Of a stretch of 64,000 nucleotides of DNA, positions 1-9,084 are shown piece after piece. Within the stretch, counting starts at the first letter, position 1; each line of letters begins with the position of its first letter. A program made the position numbers and the translations under genes. The notes beneath the pieces were generated by a model. It worked only from the letters and a program-made list of their open reading frames with translations. It was not told the DNA's origin and ran no database searches. Source of the DNA: a virus. Taxonomy: Duplodnaviria > Caudoviricetes. The stretch is from positions 45,290-109,289 of IMG/VR virus record IMGVR_UViG_3300032167_007466; one strand, written 5' to 3'.

Positions 1-232
1 CGTACTGCTGAAGTGAGCCGCATACCAAGATAACACGTAGTAGCATTGCGTTTAGGCGTTGGCATTGTGCTCGTGGCAACCGAAGTCTCGACAGAGTTGC
101 CGTGGATTTTCCCTAAAGGAATTGTACCCGTGAAGGATTTATCAGTGCTCTTGCAATATGTACAAGTAAACAAATTTGAGAGAAAAAGAGTCTGTGATGC
201 TACCATAGACTCTTTTGTCTTTGTGCCTACAT

Positions 233-244
233 TATATTATTCTC
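233..244 (-). promoter_or_regulatory. GAGAATAATATA motif (candidate phage-RNAP promoter)
   Basis: Exact copy of a 12-mer that recurs at intergenic or gene-end positions, oriented with local transcription. Confidence 0.55.
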
Positions 245-273
245 CATTCGAAAAGAACAATATTAAAAAATCA

Positions 274-1254
274 TCACATCATTCTCAATAAATCCCCAAC
301 ACCAAATGCAGCATTGACATAATTTCCAACAGTTGTTTCTATATCCTTATGCCCCAAATTCTGTGCCACAAACTGGATGTCTGCTCTTTTTGCCATAACA
401 GTAGAATAATAATGTCTTATCTGATGTGGAGTAATTCCATTGCCATAATTCTTAAAGATAGCAATAACTGTATCAGCCGAAATACTCGTGTTGTTTTTTG
501 TTATAAATACAGCATTGATATTTTCCACTCCGTCAATTTCTTGTCTTATCTCAAGCCATTTTTCAAGAGCAGACAACGCTGTTCCTGTTATAAATACCTT
601 TCGTTTATCATCTTCTTCATAATAACCTTTACCAAGCACAGTAATATAAGGTATATCTTCCTCAAAATGAAGGTCTGATATTTCCAATCCCGCAAGCTCG
701 CTCTCTCTTATTCCTGAACCTAAAAGTGTTTGAAGCATAGCAATATTCCGCTCTCTCACTATTTTATCCTTTTTCCATTGTATGCGTTCAAACATTTCAT
801 CTATTTGTTTTTTATCAGGCAATTTAGCATAGATATTTTCAACATTATTTTTCTTGCCTTTATAACCACATGTTTTTACCGGATTCTTTTCCAGTTTACT
901 ATTTGGAGACTCAACTAAATTTGAAAAGAAGGATGACAATATATTTTTTCGTGTTGTTAAAGTTGTACGACTCATTCCTTCTGTTTGTCTCTGTTTTAAA
1001 TATAGAAATACATCTGCCGGCTCCAGTGTGTTAAATGAATTTGGAGTTAGTTCAGAGATTCCTTTCTCCGTAATTAAAGCATTTTCCACAAGCCACAAAA
1101 GAAAATCCTTAATGGCAATATAGTAATTTCTCGCACTAGCTTTACTATATAATTTATATAAGTACTTCCGTATAAATAATGGTGTTTTATCTTTGTCAAA
1201 TTCTGCAAACAATTTATCCTCATTGTGTCTTTGAACATTGTCTTTATAACACAT
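274..1254 (-). CDS. Tyrosine recombinase (XerC/D-like), catalytic residues intact
   Basis: GIRESE (R), LGKG (K), PHQIRH (HxxR), LGH, GNY (Y). ATG at 1254 follows an AAGGAAGG RBS; the ORF track extends to TTG 1293. Confidence 0.9.
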   Translation of the reverse strand: MCYKDNVQRHNEDKLFAEFDKDKTPLFIRKYLYKLYSKASARNYYIAIKDFLLWLVENALITEKGISELTPNSFNTLEPADVFLYLKQRQTEGMSRTTLTTRKNILSSFFSNLVESPNSKLEKNPVKTCGYKGKKNNVENIYAKLPDKKQIDEMFERIQWKKDKIVRERNIAMLQTLLGSGIRESELAGLEISDLHFEEDIPYITVLGKGYYEEDDKRKVFITGTALSALEKWLEIRQEIDGVENINAVFITKNNTSISADTVIAIFKNYGNGITPHQIRHYYSTVMAKRADIQFVAQNLGHKDIETTVGNYVNAAFGVGDLLRMM

Positions 1255-1319
1255 TTTAATCCTTCCTTTCTGTAATTTAAGTATAAAAAACAACAGCCAA
1301 CCGAAATCGGCTGTTTAAA

Positions 1320-1348
1320 TTGACAAATATTTTCCGTTGTGATATAAT
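1320..1348 (+). promoter_or_regulatory. sigmaA promoter
   Basis: TTGACA (1320-1325), 17 nt, TGnTATAAT (1343-1348). Confidence 0.8.
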
Positions 1349-1448
1349 ATTGAAGACAACAACTTCAATATATAAAATGATTCAGCAAAATAAATGCTTG
1401 ACCCCGTAATGGTCGTAGGGGCATTTTATATATTTGGAGGTGATAGAC

Positions 1449-1538
1449 ATATCTAAGATTTTAATAATCTTGGGTGTATCAGCCGACATAGCCACTTTGG
1501 TTATGTTTACTGATTACATCCTTGCAAAAATCGGATAA
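1449..1538 (+). CDS. 29-aa hydrophobic peptide, type I toxin-like
   Basis: GGAGG 1436-1440, then ATA start (or in-frame GTG 1440): ISKILIILGVSADIATLVMFTDYILAKIG. Has its own promoter and terminator. Confidence 0.55.
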   Translation: MSKILIILGVSADIATLVMFTDYILAKIG

Positions 1539-1556
1539 TGTCGCAGTTGTCTGATA

Positions 1557-1588
1557 AAAGCACTTGTGAAAGCAGGTGCTTTTGTTTT
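1557..1588 (+). terminator. Intrinsic terminator
   Basis: AAAGCACTTG-tgaaag-CAGGTGCTTT followed by a T-rich tract. Confidence 0.7.
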
Positions 1589-1603
1589 GTCTATCACCTC
1601 TGG

Positions 1604-1615
1604 TATATTATTCTC
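1604..1615 (-). promoter_or_regulatory. GAGAATAATATA motif
   Basis: Exact copy, pointing antisense into the small-peptide locus. Confidence 0.55.
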
Positions 1616-1642
1616 CATAAATTTCAAGTTGAAACTATTATT

Positions 1643-1861
1643 CTATTGTGGTTTTATAACCTGAACATCTGCAATTTCATAGAAGAAAGCATCAAGCTCT
1701 CCTATATCGCCTATTAGGTCACATGAAATATGGGTTTCTGATATATCAGTAACCATACCAACATAGTTCTTTTCATCATTGTTTAATTTAATTTCAACTT
1801 TGTCACCTTGAACAACTTGAACTCCGTTAGATAATACATAACAAAATCTTGCGTTTTCCAT
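1643..1861 (-). CDS. Hypothetical protein
   Basis: ORF with RBS in the co-oriented early array. Confidence 0.7.
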   Translation of the reverse strand: MENARFCYVLSNGVQVVQGDKVEIKLNNDEKNYVGMVTDISETHISCDLIGDIGELDAFFYEIADVQVIKPQ

Positions 1862-1895
1862 AAACAAACCTCTCTTTCACTTTTGAACAATCATT

Positions 1896-2354
1896 TCATT
1901 GATATAATATTCTTTCAATATCAGAGATTATTTCTTCCATTCCCATAATATAAGCATCCTCAAATTCTTGGTCTTCCCAGTGGTTAGTGGATTTTGACTT
2001 TTTAATCTCTTCTTTCCATTGTTTTAATTTATCTTCAATTTGATTGCAAATCCAAGTATCATTATTTACTCGCTTATAACCATCTTCGCCTGTTTCTTTC
2101 CAAAACTCGCCGTCGAGCCATTTCTTTGCTTCTACTAAATCCCCTGAATTAACATACATAGTTGATAATGCCGTGTCGATTATCTTTCTACATACTTCTC
2201 TTTCGCATCCGGGAGCGCAAGTCTTCGCTAAAACAACAGGCGCTTTCATTCCGTCATACACAATAGTCAGTTTATATTTGTCGCTCAATTCTCTATCGTT
2301 TTCGATAGTCATACCCTCTTTTAATTCCTGTTTGAGAATATCTATCATTTTCAT
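1896..2354 (-). CDS. Hypothetical protein
   Basis: 152 aa, AGGA RBS. Confidence 0.75.
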   Translation of the reverse strand: MKMIDILKQELKEGMTIENDRELSDKYKLTIVYDGMKAPVVLAKTCAPGCEREVCRKIIDTALSTMYVNSGDLVEAKKWLDGEFWKETGEDGYKRVNNDTWICNQIEDKLKQWKEEIKKSKSTNHWEDQEFEDAYIMGMEEIISDIERILYQ

Positions 2355-2390
2355 ATTATCACATCCTTTTTAGGTGTTAAAACAGTAGTT

Positions 2391-2684
2391 CTATTGGCAA
2401 TCTATAAAGTTTATATCGCAATCACAACCAATAAATTGACCTCCACAAACAGGGCATCTTTCTACATCACAACCATAATGATGATAATGCCCTTTTAATA
2501 CGTTACAATCATGGCATCTTTCCCCTGTATCAAAATCATCTTCTCCGTATAGGATTCTTTTATAAATTTTTCCATTACATTCAATTTCTGAACAGCTACA
2601 TCCGTCACTTTTTAACATGCGCTGACCGCAAATTTCACATTTAGCTCCGCCTTCAGCAATAATTTCTTCTATGGTTTTATTCAT
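2391..2684 (-). CDS. Cys/His-rich metal-binding protein
   Basis: CEIC, RCHDC, HHYGCD, CPVC, CDC motifs; GGAGG RBS. Confidence 0.75.
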   Translation of the reverse strand: MNKTIEEIIAEGGAKCEICGQRMLKSDGCSCSEIECNGKIYKRILYGEDDFDTGERCHDCNVLKGHYHHYGCDVERCPVCGGQFIGCDCDINFIDCQ

Positions 2685-2720
2685 TGTATTCCCTCCTAAA
2701 TTCTATATAAAATACACGAT

Positions 2721-2915
2721 TTATTTATTCTTATCGTAATATCCGTTACCGTATCTTCTTCTGATTTCGGACTGTGAAACACCGTTACAGATGTCTCTTG
2801 TCATTTTTGAATTGTCAACATCCAGAGGATTTTTATTTTCCACTTTCTGATTAGTTGAATAACTGCAACATGCCCAAATAACCGCTATGATAATAATTCC
2901 AATTAAAGTTCCCAT
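2721..2915 (-). CDS. Small membrane protein
   Basis: N-terminal hydrophobic helix; C-terminal RRRYGNGYYD. Confidence 0.7.
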   Translation of the reverse strand: MGTLIGIIIIAVIWACCSYSTNQKVENKNPLDVDNSKMTRDICNGVSQSEIRRRYGNGYYDKNK

Positions 2916-2930
2916 AACTCATATTCTCCT

Positions 2931-3170
2931 TTACTTTTTACTTATATCAACATTTTCGCCATCATAATATCCTAATGCTCTTCTTCTATCTCTTTCCTCT
3001 CTCGGAACAGTATCTAAATCAGCCATCATTCTCTCAAAACCAATATCCTTTTTGGTCTTTTGGGTAAAATACTTTTCCGCTTGAGGCGAACTGTATTTTA
3101 CATGATTTCTGTCATAACCTTCCTTTGCCCAAGATCCTAACCCTGCCAATATTCCAAACCATCCAAACAT
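2931..3170 (-). CDS. Small membrane-associated protein, likely paralogue of its neighbour
   Basis: N-terminal hydrophobic stretch; C-terminal RRRALGYYD; GGAGG RBS. Confidence 0.7.
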   Translation of the reverse strand: MFGWFGILAGLGSWAKEGYDRNHVKYSSPQAEKYFTQKTKKDIGFERMMADLDTVPREERDRRRALGYYDGENVDISKK

Positions 3171-3199
3171 GATTTATTCCTCCTAAATTCTTTTCCTAT

Positions 3200-3228
3200 A
3201 TTATACCACAATTAACATCCTCTTGCAA
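3200..3228 (-). promoter_or_regulatory. sigmaA promoter
   Basis: TTGCAA, 17 nt, TGGTATAAT on the minus strand, upstream of 3170. Confidence 0.7.
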
Positions 3229-3403
3229 TGCTTTTGTAGTAAATTTGTGCCACTTGCTGCCGTGATTTTCCAATGATATTTCCAATCTCAGCAAAAGACT
3301 TTTTCTCCGCTTTGAGTTGCTTAACTTTATCTACCGTTCCATCTACTACAAGTTTACTTCTGTACTGATGTGGTCTTTTATATCTATGTTCATATTCGTT
3401 CAA
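3212..3403 (-). CDS. Small HTH DNA-binding protein
   Basis: KSFAEIGNIIGKSRQQVAQI helix-turn-helix pattern. Confidence 0.65.
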   Translation of the reverse strand: MNEYEHRYKRPHQYRSKLVVDGTVDKVKQLKAEKKSFAEIGNIIGKSRQQVAQIYYKSIARGC

Positions 3404-3582
3404 GCTGACACCTTCTCTCTGATATTTTCCATATGATTTTCAGTTCTCGCTTCCGCTACCAACATATCAACTAAGTCATTATAACATTCATCCCAAGTAT
3501 CACCGCTTAATACGAAATTTCCGTTGCTATCATGTACTTCATAATGTTCTTTAACTTGTACGATCCTATGTGTATTATCCAT
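3400..3582 (-). CDS. Hypothetical protein
   Basis: ORF in array with GGAG RBS. Confidence 0.65.
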   Translation of the reverse strand: MDNTHRIVQVKEHYEVHDSNGNFVLSGDTWDECYNDLVDMLVAEARTENHMENIREKVSA

Positions 3583-3584
3583 AA

Positions 3585-3761
3585 TTAAATAGCTCCCATT
3601 CTTAATTTAATCTTTATCTCTGTTAAGTCTGCAAGAGTATTCATAACTTCTAATTCATGTTCAAAATCAATGGGTTTATCAGATGTTTTCCCATAATCTC
3701 TTGCTATGATACTTCTTTGCAAGTTAGATATTTCGCCAATCGTCATATTTGATACTTTCAT
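3585..3761 (-). CDS. Hypothetical protein
   Basis: GGAGG RBS before ATG 3761. Confidence 0.65.
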   Translation of the reverse strand: MKVSNMTIGEISNLQRSIIARDYGKTSDKPIDFEHELEVMNTLADLTEIKIKLRMGAI

Positions 3762-3790
3762 ATTTGCCTCCTGTTGAAATGCGACTTCTA

Positions 3791-4075
3791 TCAAGAAATT
3801 ACCTCAAAATTGCTCTTGAAAATTTCCTCTGATATTACTTTAAACATTCTTCTATCTGATACCCTTCTGATAATATAATCAGTAGGTTTTACAACTGATT
3901 CATAATTATGATGTTCCAAATTACAAATATGTAAATCTGGCACAATTACTCTTACACATAAATCCAACTTCTCTGTTATAAACTTCTTGCATTTTTCCAC
4001 TTGTTCTGAAGTGTATTTTTCATATCTGATTGCTTCATATTCATTTTCCGTAAAAAGATTTCTAATCTTTAACAT
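3791..4075 (-). CDS. Hypothetical protein
   Basis: ORF in array with RBS. Confidence 0.65.
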   Translation of the reverse strand: MLKIRNLFTENEYEAIRYEKYTSEQVEKCKKFITEKLDLCVRVIVPDLHICNLEHHNYESVVKPTDYIIRRVSDRRMFKVISEEIFKSNFEVIS

Positions 4076-4116
4076 ATCCTCTACCTCCAATCCGATTGAA
4101 TACGAGATTTATTGCT

Positions 4117-4848
4117 TTATGCAATCTTTAATTTGCTCTGCTTCTGTTCCGTTTTATTAAGACTTCTGATATATTTTCCACCATCTTTTTCAAAGTATTT
4201 CAGATATCCTTCCTCAATCATTTCATCTGCCACTTTCAAGATATAATCAATGGTCTGTCCACCAGTATAATTCTTTCCATCATTAAGTCCTAAACGATTT
4301 AATCTAACAATTCCTGCAATATTTCTTGCTATGTCAAAAGCAGAATAATATTTTGTTGTTCTTGTTGTGGCTGCTTTTTCAAATAATACCTTGCGAATTT
4401 CCTCTTTTCTTTCGTTTAAGTATTCCTCATATTCGCTATCAGAAATAACATAAACTGTATCATGCAAGTTCACCCAACGAATAGAAGATAATTCCATTCT
4501 GTCAATGGCTTCTGCAACTTTCTTAACATCATTCTTTAAAATAACTCCGCTAATCTGTTGTGGATGTGCGTGTAAATAAGCACGTTTTTCCTTACTATGT
4601 TCCACTTTCCATCCGCTATCTTCCATAATTCCAAAAGATTCTATCAGGTTAATTGCTTCCGTTCTCCATGCCTCTCTATCTTCTGTCGTTTCAAATCTGC
4701 AATTACGGTCATATGATGGTGTATCAATATTAAAATGTACTTCTACATATTCATTTCCATAATCCATATCTGGATTCCAATTATTTGTAAGTGTATGGTC
4801 TTCTCCATAGTCATTTCCAATTCCATACTGATGATATTTAATACTCAT
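4117..4848 (-). CDS. Hypothetical protein
   Basis: 243-aa ORF with RBS. Confidence 0.8.
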   Translation of the reverse strand: MSIKYHQYGIGNDYGEDHTLTNNWNPDMDYGNEYVEVHFNIDTPSYDRNCRFETTEDREAWRTEAINLIESFGIMEDSGWKVEHSKEKRAYLHAHPQQISGVILKNDVKKVAEAIDRMELSSIRWVNLHDTVYVISDSEYEEYLNERKEEIRKVLFEKAATTRTTKYYSAFDIARNIAGIVRLNRLGLNDGKNYTGGQTIDYILKVADEMIEEGYLKYFEKDGGKYIRSLNKTEQKQSKLKIA

Positions 4849-4892
4849 ATAATCAACCTTCCTCTCTGTAAAATAGACTTAAAATTCCGATT

Positions 4893-5141
4893 TCATTGCC
4901 TATTAATTCCTAAAATTCGTTCACAAGCACTATATACAGTTTCAGTATCATCTGTATGTCCATTACACTCTTCAACAATTCTAACAATCATATCCATTGA
5001 TATATCATCAAATTTAGTGTTAAATGGATATACTTTAGATGTTTCACTTTCAAATGCAATAAAGTCAATTATATTCCATTCTTCTGTTGTCATTGGAATA
5101 TTTAATTTTTCATTGCTTGTTTTTGCCCAAGTCTGTTTCAT
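4893..5141 (-). CDS. Hypothetical protein
   Basis: GGAGG RBS. Confidence 0.7.
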   Translation of the reverse strand: MKQTWAKTSNEKLNIPMTTEEWNIIDFIAFESETSKVYPFNTKFDDISMDMIVRIVEECNGHTDDTETVYSACERILGINRQ

Positions 5142-5175
5142 ATTTTACCTCCTAATAAAATCACTCATTTATTGC

Positions 5176-5733
5176 TTAATTTCCACCTGCAAACTCACCA
5201 TAATATTTTTGTCTCATTTCCTCTGCGAATTTTCCGGCTTGTTCTAATTCTTCATAAGAAAATTTTCCAAGTACAGTGTTTTTCTTATTTATCTGAAGCT
5301 GTACTATCCACATTTTCTCTGTGTTACTCCAAGAAACATTTCTGTAACCTGACTTATTATTACTGTTTCTACCCCTTCTGTTTTTAGAATTATTAGTATC
5401 TAAAACAATCCTTAAATTCTCTTTTCTGTTATCCAAGCAATTATTGTTTTTATGATCTACCGTCTTTCCGTTTGCTTCCATAATAAACTGATGTAAAAAT
5501 ATCGGTCTTGCTCTTTTTAGTTCAGGTATGTATTCACTTGCATAAGCATAATATTTACCCATACTTTTATTAAGTTTTGCATACCAAGTATAAGGAAAAT
5601 TTATCAATACTCTTTCCAAATCGTCTAAATCAATAACCGTCCATATACTTTCTGCATTTGTTCTGTTTAATTCAACCCTTACAATATTATTTACTTCATC
5701 AACAATATAATTGTTTCCCTTTTTCTTTGCCAT
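5176..5733 (-). CDS. HNH endonuclease with C-terminal AP2-like DNA-binding domain
   Basis: LHQFIM..VDHKNNNCLDNRKENLR (HNH), followed by NKSGYRNVSW..W..Q (AP2). Confidence 0.85.
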   Translation of the reverse strand: MAKKKGNNYIVDEVNNIVRVELNRTNAESIWTVIDLDDLERVLINFPYTWYAKLNKSMGKYYAYASEYIPELKRARPIFLHQFIMEANGKTVDHKNNNCLDNRKENLRIVLDTNNSKNRRGRNSNNKSGYRNVSWSNTEKMWIVQLQINKKNTVLGKFSYEELEQAGKFAEEMRQKYYGEFAGGN

Positions 5734-5768
5734 CCCAACTCTCCCTCTTTAATGCCCTTTCATCTGCT

Positions 5769-6128
5769 TTATTCTTCAACATCTAATAGTGTTACATTTC
5801 CGTTTTCAACAAGATAAATTTCATCAGCCGAAACATCCTCAATGTTGTATATCCTCTCAATAGGTAAGTATTCAAAATCAATCTTTTGAACACCACCGCT
5901 CCAAAAGATATAATCCGGATTGTGATAATACTGTTGTGCAACCAAATCAGCTTTTACAAAATCCTCAACTGTTCCAACATATTCAAAGGCTTTTATAATT
6001 TCATTCCAATCCTTGTCACAATATCCATGCATGCCCCTCTGTTCAAAATCGTGCTTATCTCCGTTGTATTCCTCTGTCGCATACATTCTGCCTTTGTTAT
6101 CCGTAAAAATTATCCTTCTGCGTGTCAT
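5769..6128 (-). CDS. Hypothetical protein
   Basis: GGAGG RBS. Confidence 0.7.
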   Translation of the reverse strand: MTRRRIIFTDNKGRMYATEEYNGDKHDFEQRGMHGYCDKDWNEIIKAFEYVGTVEDFVKADLVAQQYYHNPDYIFWSGGVQKIDFEYLPIERIYNIEDVSADEIYLVENGNVTLLDVEE

Positions 6129-6185
6129 ATTCGTTTCCTCCTAAAATCTATACTTAAACCCCTAATTCTATCGTGTTATTTCCGC

Positions 6186-6350
6186 TTACGATATATGCCT
6201 TCTGTGTACTAATGCACATTTGTTGCAGACACAAACCGTTTTTAATCCTTCGTTTTTTACCAAAGTTAAAACTTCATACTTTACACTTCTTGTTTCACCG
6301 CAAAAATGGCATTTTAAGTTTTTGTCTTTCCAATTCTCAATAAGTTTCAT
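6186..6350 (-). CDS. 54-aa zinc-finger protein (not in ORF track)
   Basis: GGAGG RBS; MKLIENWKDKNLKCHFCGE...CVCNKC. Confidence 0.65.
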   Translation of the reverse strand: MKLIENWKDKNLKCHFCGETRSVKYEVLTLVKNEGLKTVCVCNKCALVHRRHIS

Positions 6351-6359
6351 AATAGCCTC

Positions 6360-6692
6360 CTAACAAGCAGGACAACCGCATTTTCCGTATAACGCTCCAT
6401 GCTTCAAAAACATTCCTATATTCATAATTTCGTGTCTGTCAAGCTCTCTGCCCTTGTTTTCTCCAGCGATGTAGACAAAGCATCTTTTGACAATTTCCTT
6501 CGGCAATAATACCGCTTCTTTTGTGATAACCTTTATTCCAATACCCAAAGACAACATCACATCTCCGGCACCGCCATCAACTATATATCGTCTTATTTCC
6601 TCTGTTGCTCTGTTTAAATGATCTTGTGTTAAGGCTACACCAAAGAATAATTTTTCCGTCAAGTCTCTATATTCAAAGTAATTACAAGTCAT
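6360..6692 (-). CDS. Hypothetical protein
   Basis: GGAGG RBS before ATG 6692. Confidence 0.65.
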   Translation of the reverse strand: MTCNYFEYRDLTEKLFFGVALTQDHLNRATEEIRRYIVDGGAGDVMLSLGIGIKVITKEAVLLPKEIVKRCFVYIAGENKGRELDRHEIMNIGMFLKHGALYGKCGCPAC

Positions 6693-6721
6693 ATTAAATC
6701 CCTCCGTGTAAAGCAATTTGT

Positions 6722-6961
6722 TTAAAACTGTATTTCCGCTTCTTCTCTCCATCCAATAGGCTTATAACCCAACGCGGAAAGAAAACTCTGATAAATAGTG
6801 TTTAACCACTCCACTCTTGTTTTATCATTGCCTTTGATCCTGTCAAAAACATTCATATCAATAAAACGCTTCTGTTCTTCTTCCGTTAGCTTCTGCCAAG
6901 TCCACGACTTTTTAATAACATTCTGAAAGTAATTTTCCACCGTCATTGTGTGTTTTGCCAT
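6722..6961 (-). CDS. Hypothetical protein
   Basis: GGAGG RBS. Confidence 0.7.
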   Translation of the reverse strand: MAKHTMTVENYFQNVIKKSWTWQKLTEEEQKRFIDMNVFDRIKGNDKTRVEWLNTIYQSFLSALGYKPIGWREEAEIQF

Positions 6962-6973
6962 TTTCAAAACCTC

Positions 6974-7102
6974 CTACTCTACATCAAATTCTTCTATGTC
7001 AAAATTTCCGTCATACTTATTGCATCCAATATCATAAGCCTTTGTATATTCATCATAAATGCCTATGATTTCTCCATCTACACTTAATACATAAACCGTC
7101 AT
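6974..7102 (-). CDS. Small acidic hypothetical protein
   Basis: GGGGAG RBS before ATG 7102. Confidence 0.6.
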   Translation of the reverse strand: MTVYVLSVDGEIIGIYDEYTKAYDIGCNKYDGNFDIEEFDVE

Positions 7103-7130
7103 AGCAAACTCCCCTTTTAAAATCCTTGTT

Positions 7131-7325
7131 TCATCGTGTCTCGTCATTGAATACATCAATAAAATAATCCGCTTTTGGAAATTCTGAAAGGTATTTTCCA
7201 CCCTCTCCGTATTCCTTGTTATATTCACTAACCACCGCCCATGCCTTATCGTGATCTTCTGTTTCCAAAACAGTTTTTACTGTTCTTCCGCTTTTCTTTT
7301 CCCTTATATCAACACAATACAACAT
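7131..7325 (-). CDS. Hypothetical protein
   Basis: GAGG RBS before ATG 7325. Confidence 0.6.
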   Translation of the reverse strand: MLYCVDIREKKSGRTVKTVLETEDHDKAWAVVSEYNKEYGEGGKYLSEFPKADYFIDVFNDETR

Positions 7326-7329
7326 TGCT

Positions 7330-7857
7330 TTATTCCTCGCTTTCCGTTGCTTCAAACCTTGCACAAACAAAATTTTCCGCATCTAAAATGTATTCTGAAT
7401 TATTCCAATTTTCCTCTGCTACTGCTTCTGCTTCAATCCGGCTATCAGCTTCAATATAAACAACTTTTTCCAATGTTTCTGTTATCTTAACTGCATACTG
7501 TCTTGTTGTCTTTTCCTCTGTTTCATTTTCCATAAGCTGACATCCCTCTGTGTTAAACATACAATCATAAGAATTTTTATTATAGCATCCTTTGACACCA
7601 CAAGTTAAATCCTGATGATGATTTCCAAAAGTTATTCCGTTGTATTCCGTTTCTGCAATTTCCTTTTCGGTTTCCTCTTTGAAAACTCCACACTCTGCAT
7701 ATAACCCATATTTCTTGATGCAGTGCGGACAAACATATACATTCGCACTATCAAATCCGTCAAGAGATTTTGAGTTATAATCTCCATAATCGTTTGTTTC
7801 TCCGTTGTATAGCTGAAAATCATCAAATTCAATACCTTTGTAAAGTAATTTCTTCAT
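7330..7857 (-). CDS. Protein with C-terminal DpnD/PcfM-like domain
   Basis: YAVKITETLEKVVYIEADSRIEAE..W..SEYILDAENF. Confidence 0.65.
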   Translation of the reverse strand: MKKLLYKGIEFDDFQLYNGETNDYGDYNSKSLDGFDSANVYVCPHCIKKYGLYAECGVFKEETEKEIAETEYNGITFGNHHQDLTCGVKGCYNKNSYDCMFNTEGCQLMENETEEKTTRQYAVKITETLEKVVYIEADSRIEAEAVAEENWNNSEYILDAENFVCARFEATESEE

Positions 7858-7872
7858 ATCTAAAACCCCTTA

Positions 7873-8340
7873 TTATAAAGAACATTTTCCGCATCCGTTA
7901 CCATCACATAAACTGCATGCAAGAATAACACTTCCGCAACTTTGACAAACCACAATCTTTTTTCCGTCCTTATAGTCCTTTGCTTCTGATAACTTGTATT
8001 CGTTTATATGGTCGCAATGCGGACAAGTCTCCTCTAAAATTTCATCTTCAACAATTCTCTCTGTAATATTGTTTCTTTCCTCATATTTTTTGACACTCGC
8101 TCTAATCGTTTCTACACAATCCTCTATGTAGTTTTTATTGCTTTCATCTTTCCAAAGTGTTGCTCCGTAAACATAGTCAACAAAATTTGTATCTACATTA
8201 TAGTTAGCATCCATAAGTATTATAAAGACAATATCACTTGTATATTGTTTATCTGCTCCTATTGATACACCCTCTAAAAGTTCATATTCAATCCCTAAAT
8301 CACTAATAAACACATAACCATCTGATTTTAATTTGATCAT
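7873..8340 (-). CDS. Hypothetical protein with C-terminal zinc ribbon
   Basis: CPHC, CQSC, CSLC, CGKC. Confidence 0.7.
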   Translation of the reverse strand: MIKLKSDGYVFISDLGIEYELLEGVSIGADKQYTSDIVFIILMDANYNVDTNFVDYVYGATLWKDESNKNYIEDCVETIRASVKKYEERNNITERIVEDEILEETCPHCDHINEYKLSEAKDYKDGKKIVVCQSCGSVILACSLCDGNGCGKCSL

Positions 8341-8504
8341 CTGTTTTTACTCTCCCATTCTTCAAACTCTTTCCATACAGATTCTCTGTAATATACATCA
8401 CTTAAAAAATAGTGTGGATGTGCTTCTAAAAATGCTTCGATATGTGAAAACTTTTCTTCTCCAAGTTGTTTTCTTATCTGTTCATATTCTTGTAAAATGC
8501 TCAT
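8337..8504 (-). CDS. 55-aa hypothetical protein (not in ORF track)
   Basis: GAGGAG RBS; MSILQEYEQIRKQLGEEKF...; overlaps the next start by 4 nt. Confidence 0.6.
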   Translation of the reverse strand: MSILQEYEQIRKQLGEEKFSHIEAFLEAHPHYFLSDVYYRESVWKEFEEWESKNR

Positions 8505-8510
8505 TAACAA

Positions 8511-8744
8511 TCACTCCTCATAATTCCATAATTCAAGCTCGTCAAAAATCCATGTATTGTCTTTGTATTCCTCTGCAAGTTCTGCTCCAATACTTCGCCA
8601 ATTTGACGGACAATTTATAGTTAGTGCCATCTGTTCAATAAGTTGTGCTGCAAACTGCAATAACTCTCTTGATTCGTCATAAAGGCTTAAATTTTCCTTG
8701 TAATATATAGCTTTTTCAATCATGCTTTTTATGATATTTTCCAT
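8511..8744 (-). CDS. Hypothetical protein
   Basis: AGGAG RBS. Confidence 0.65.
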   Translation of the reverse strand: MENIIKSMIEKAIYYKENLSLYDESRELLQFAAQLIEQMALTINCPSNWRSIGAELAEEYKDNTWIFDELELWNYEE

Positions 8745-8749
8745 CTGTT

Positions 8750-8971
8750 TTATTCTCCTTTGCAATACTTCTTTACATATCGTCTGAAAGTCGCTTCTGC
8801 TTTCTTTTTATCATTGATTGAATATGTCATTTTTTGAAGAGGATAACCGCACATATTATTGTCATAACAGGGACAAACCTCTACAATATAAATGTCATTT
8901 CCCCATACATTTTTAACTTCCATAGTCACATAATAATTATTTTCCTTGTGTTGCCTTATTACTGTTGACAT
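8750..8971 (-). CDS. Hypothetical protein
   Basis: GGAGG RBS. Confidence 0.65.
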   Translation of the reverse strand: MSTVIRQHKENNYYVTMEVKNVWGNDIYIVEVCPCYDNNMCGYPLQKMTYSINDKKKAEATFRRYVKKYCKGE

Positions 8972-9084
8972 ATTAAAACATCCCTCCGCTTTAAAATCTT
9001 GCTTTCAAAGTGTTTTTTCCATAAAAATAGAGTGACCTATGTATTAAACACATAAATCACTCTGTAAATGTTTTTTAATATCAA

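Noticed and set aside
46-918. Plus-strand ORFs 46-291, 349-678 and 730-918
   Set aside because: Antisense to the recombinase or spanning a terminator hairpin; no RBS or motifs.
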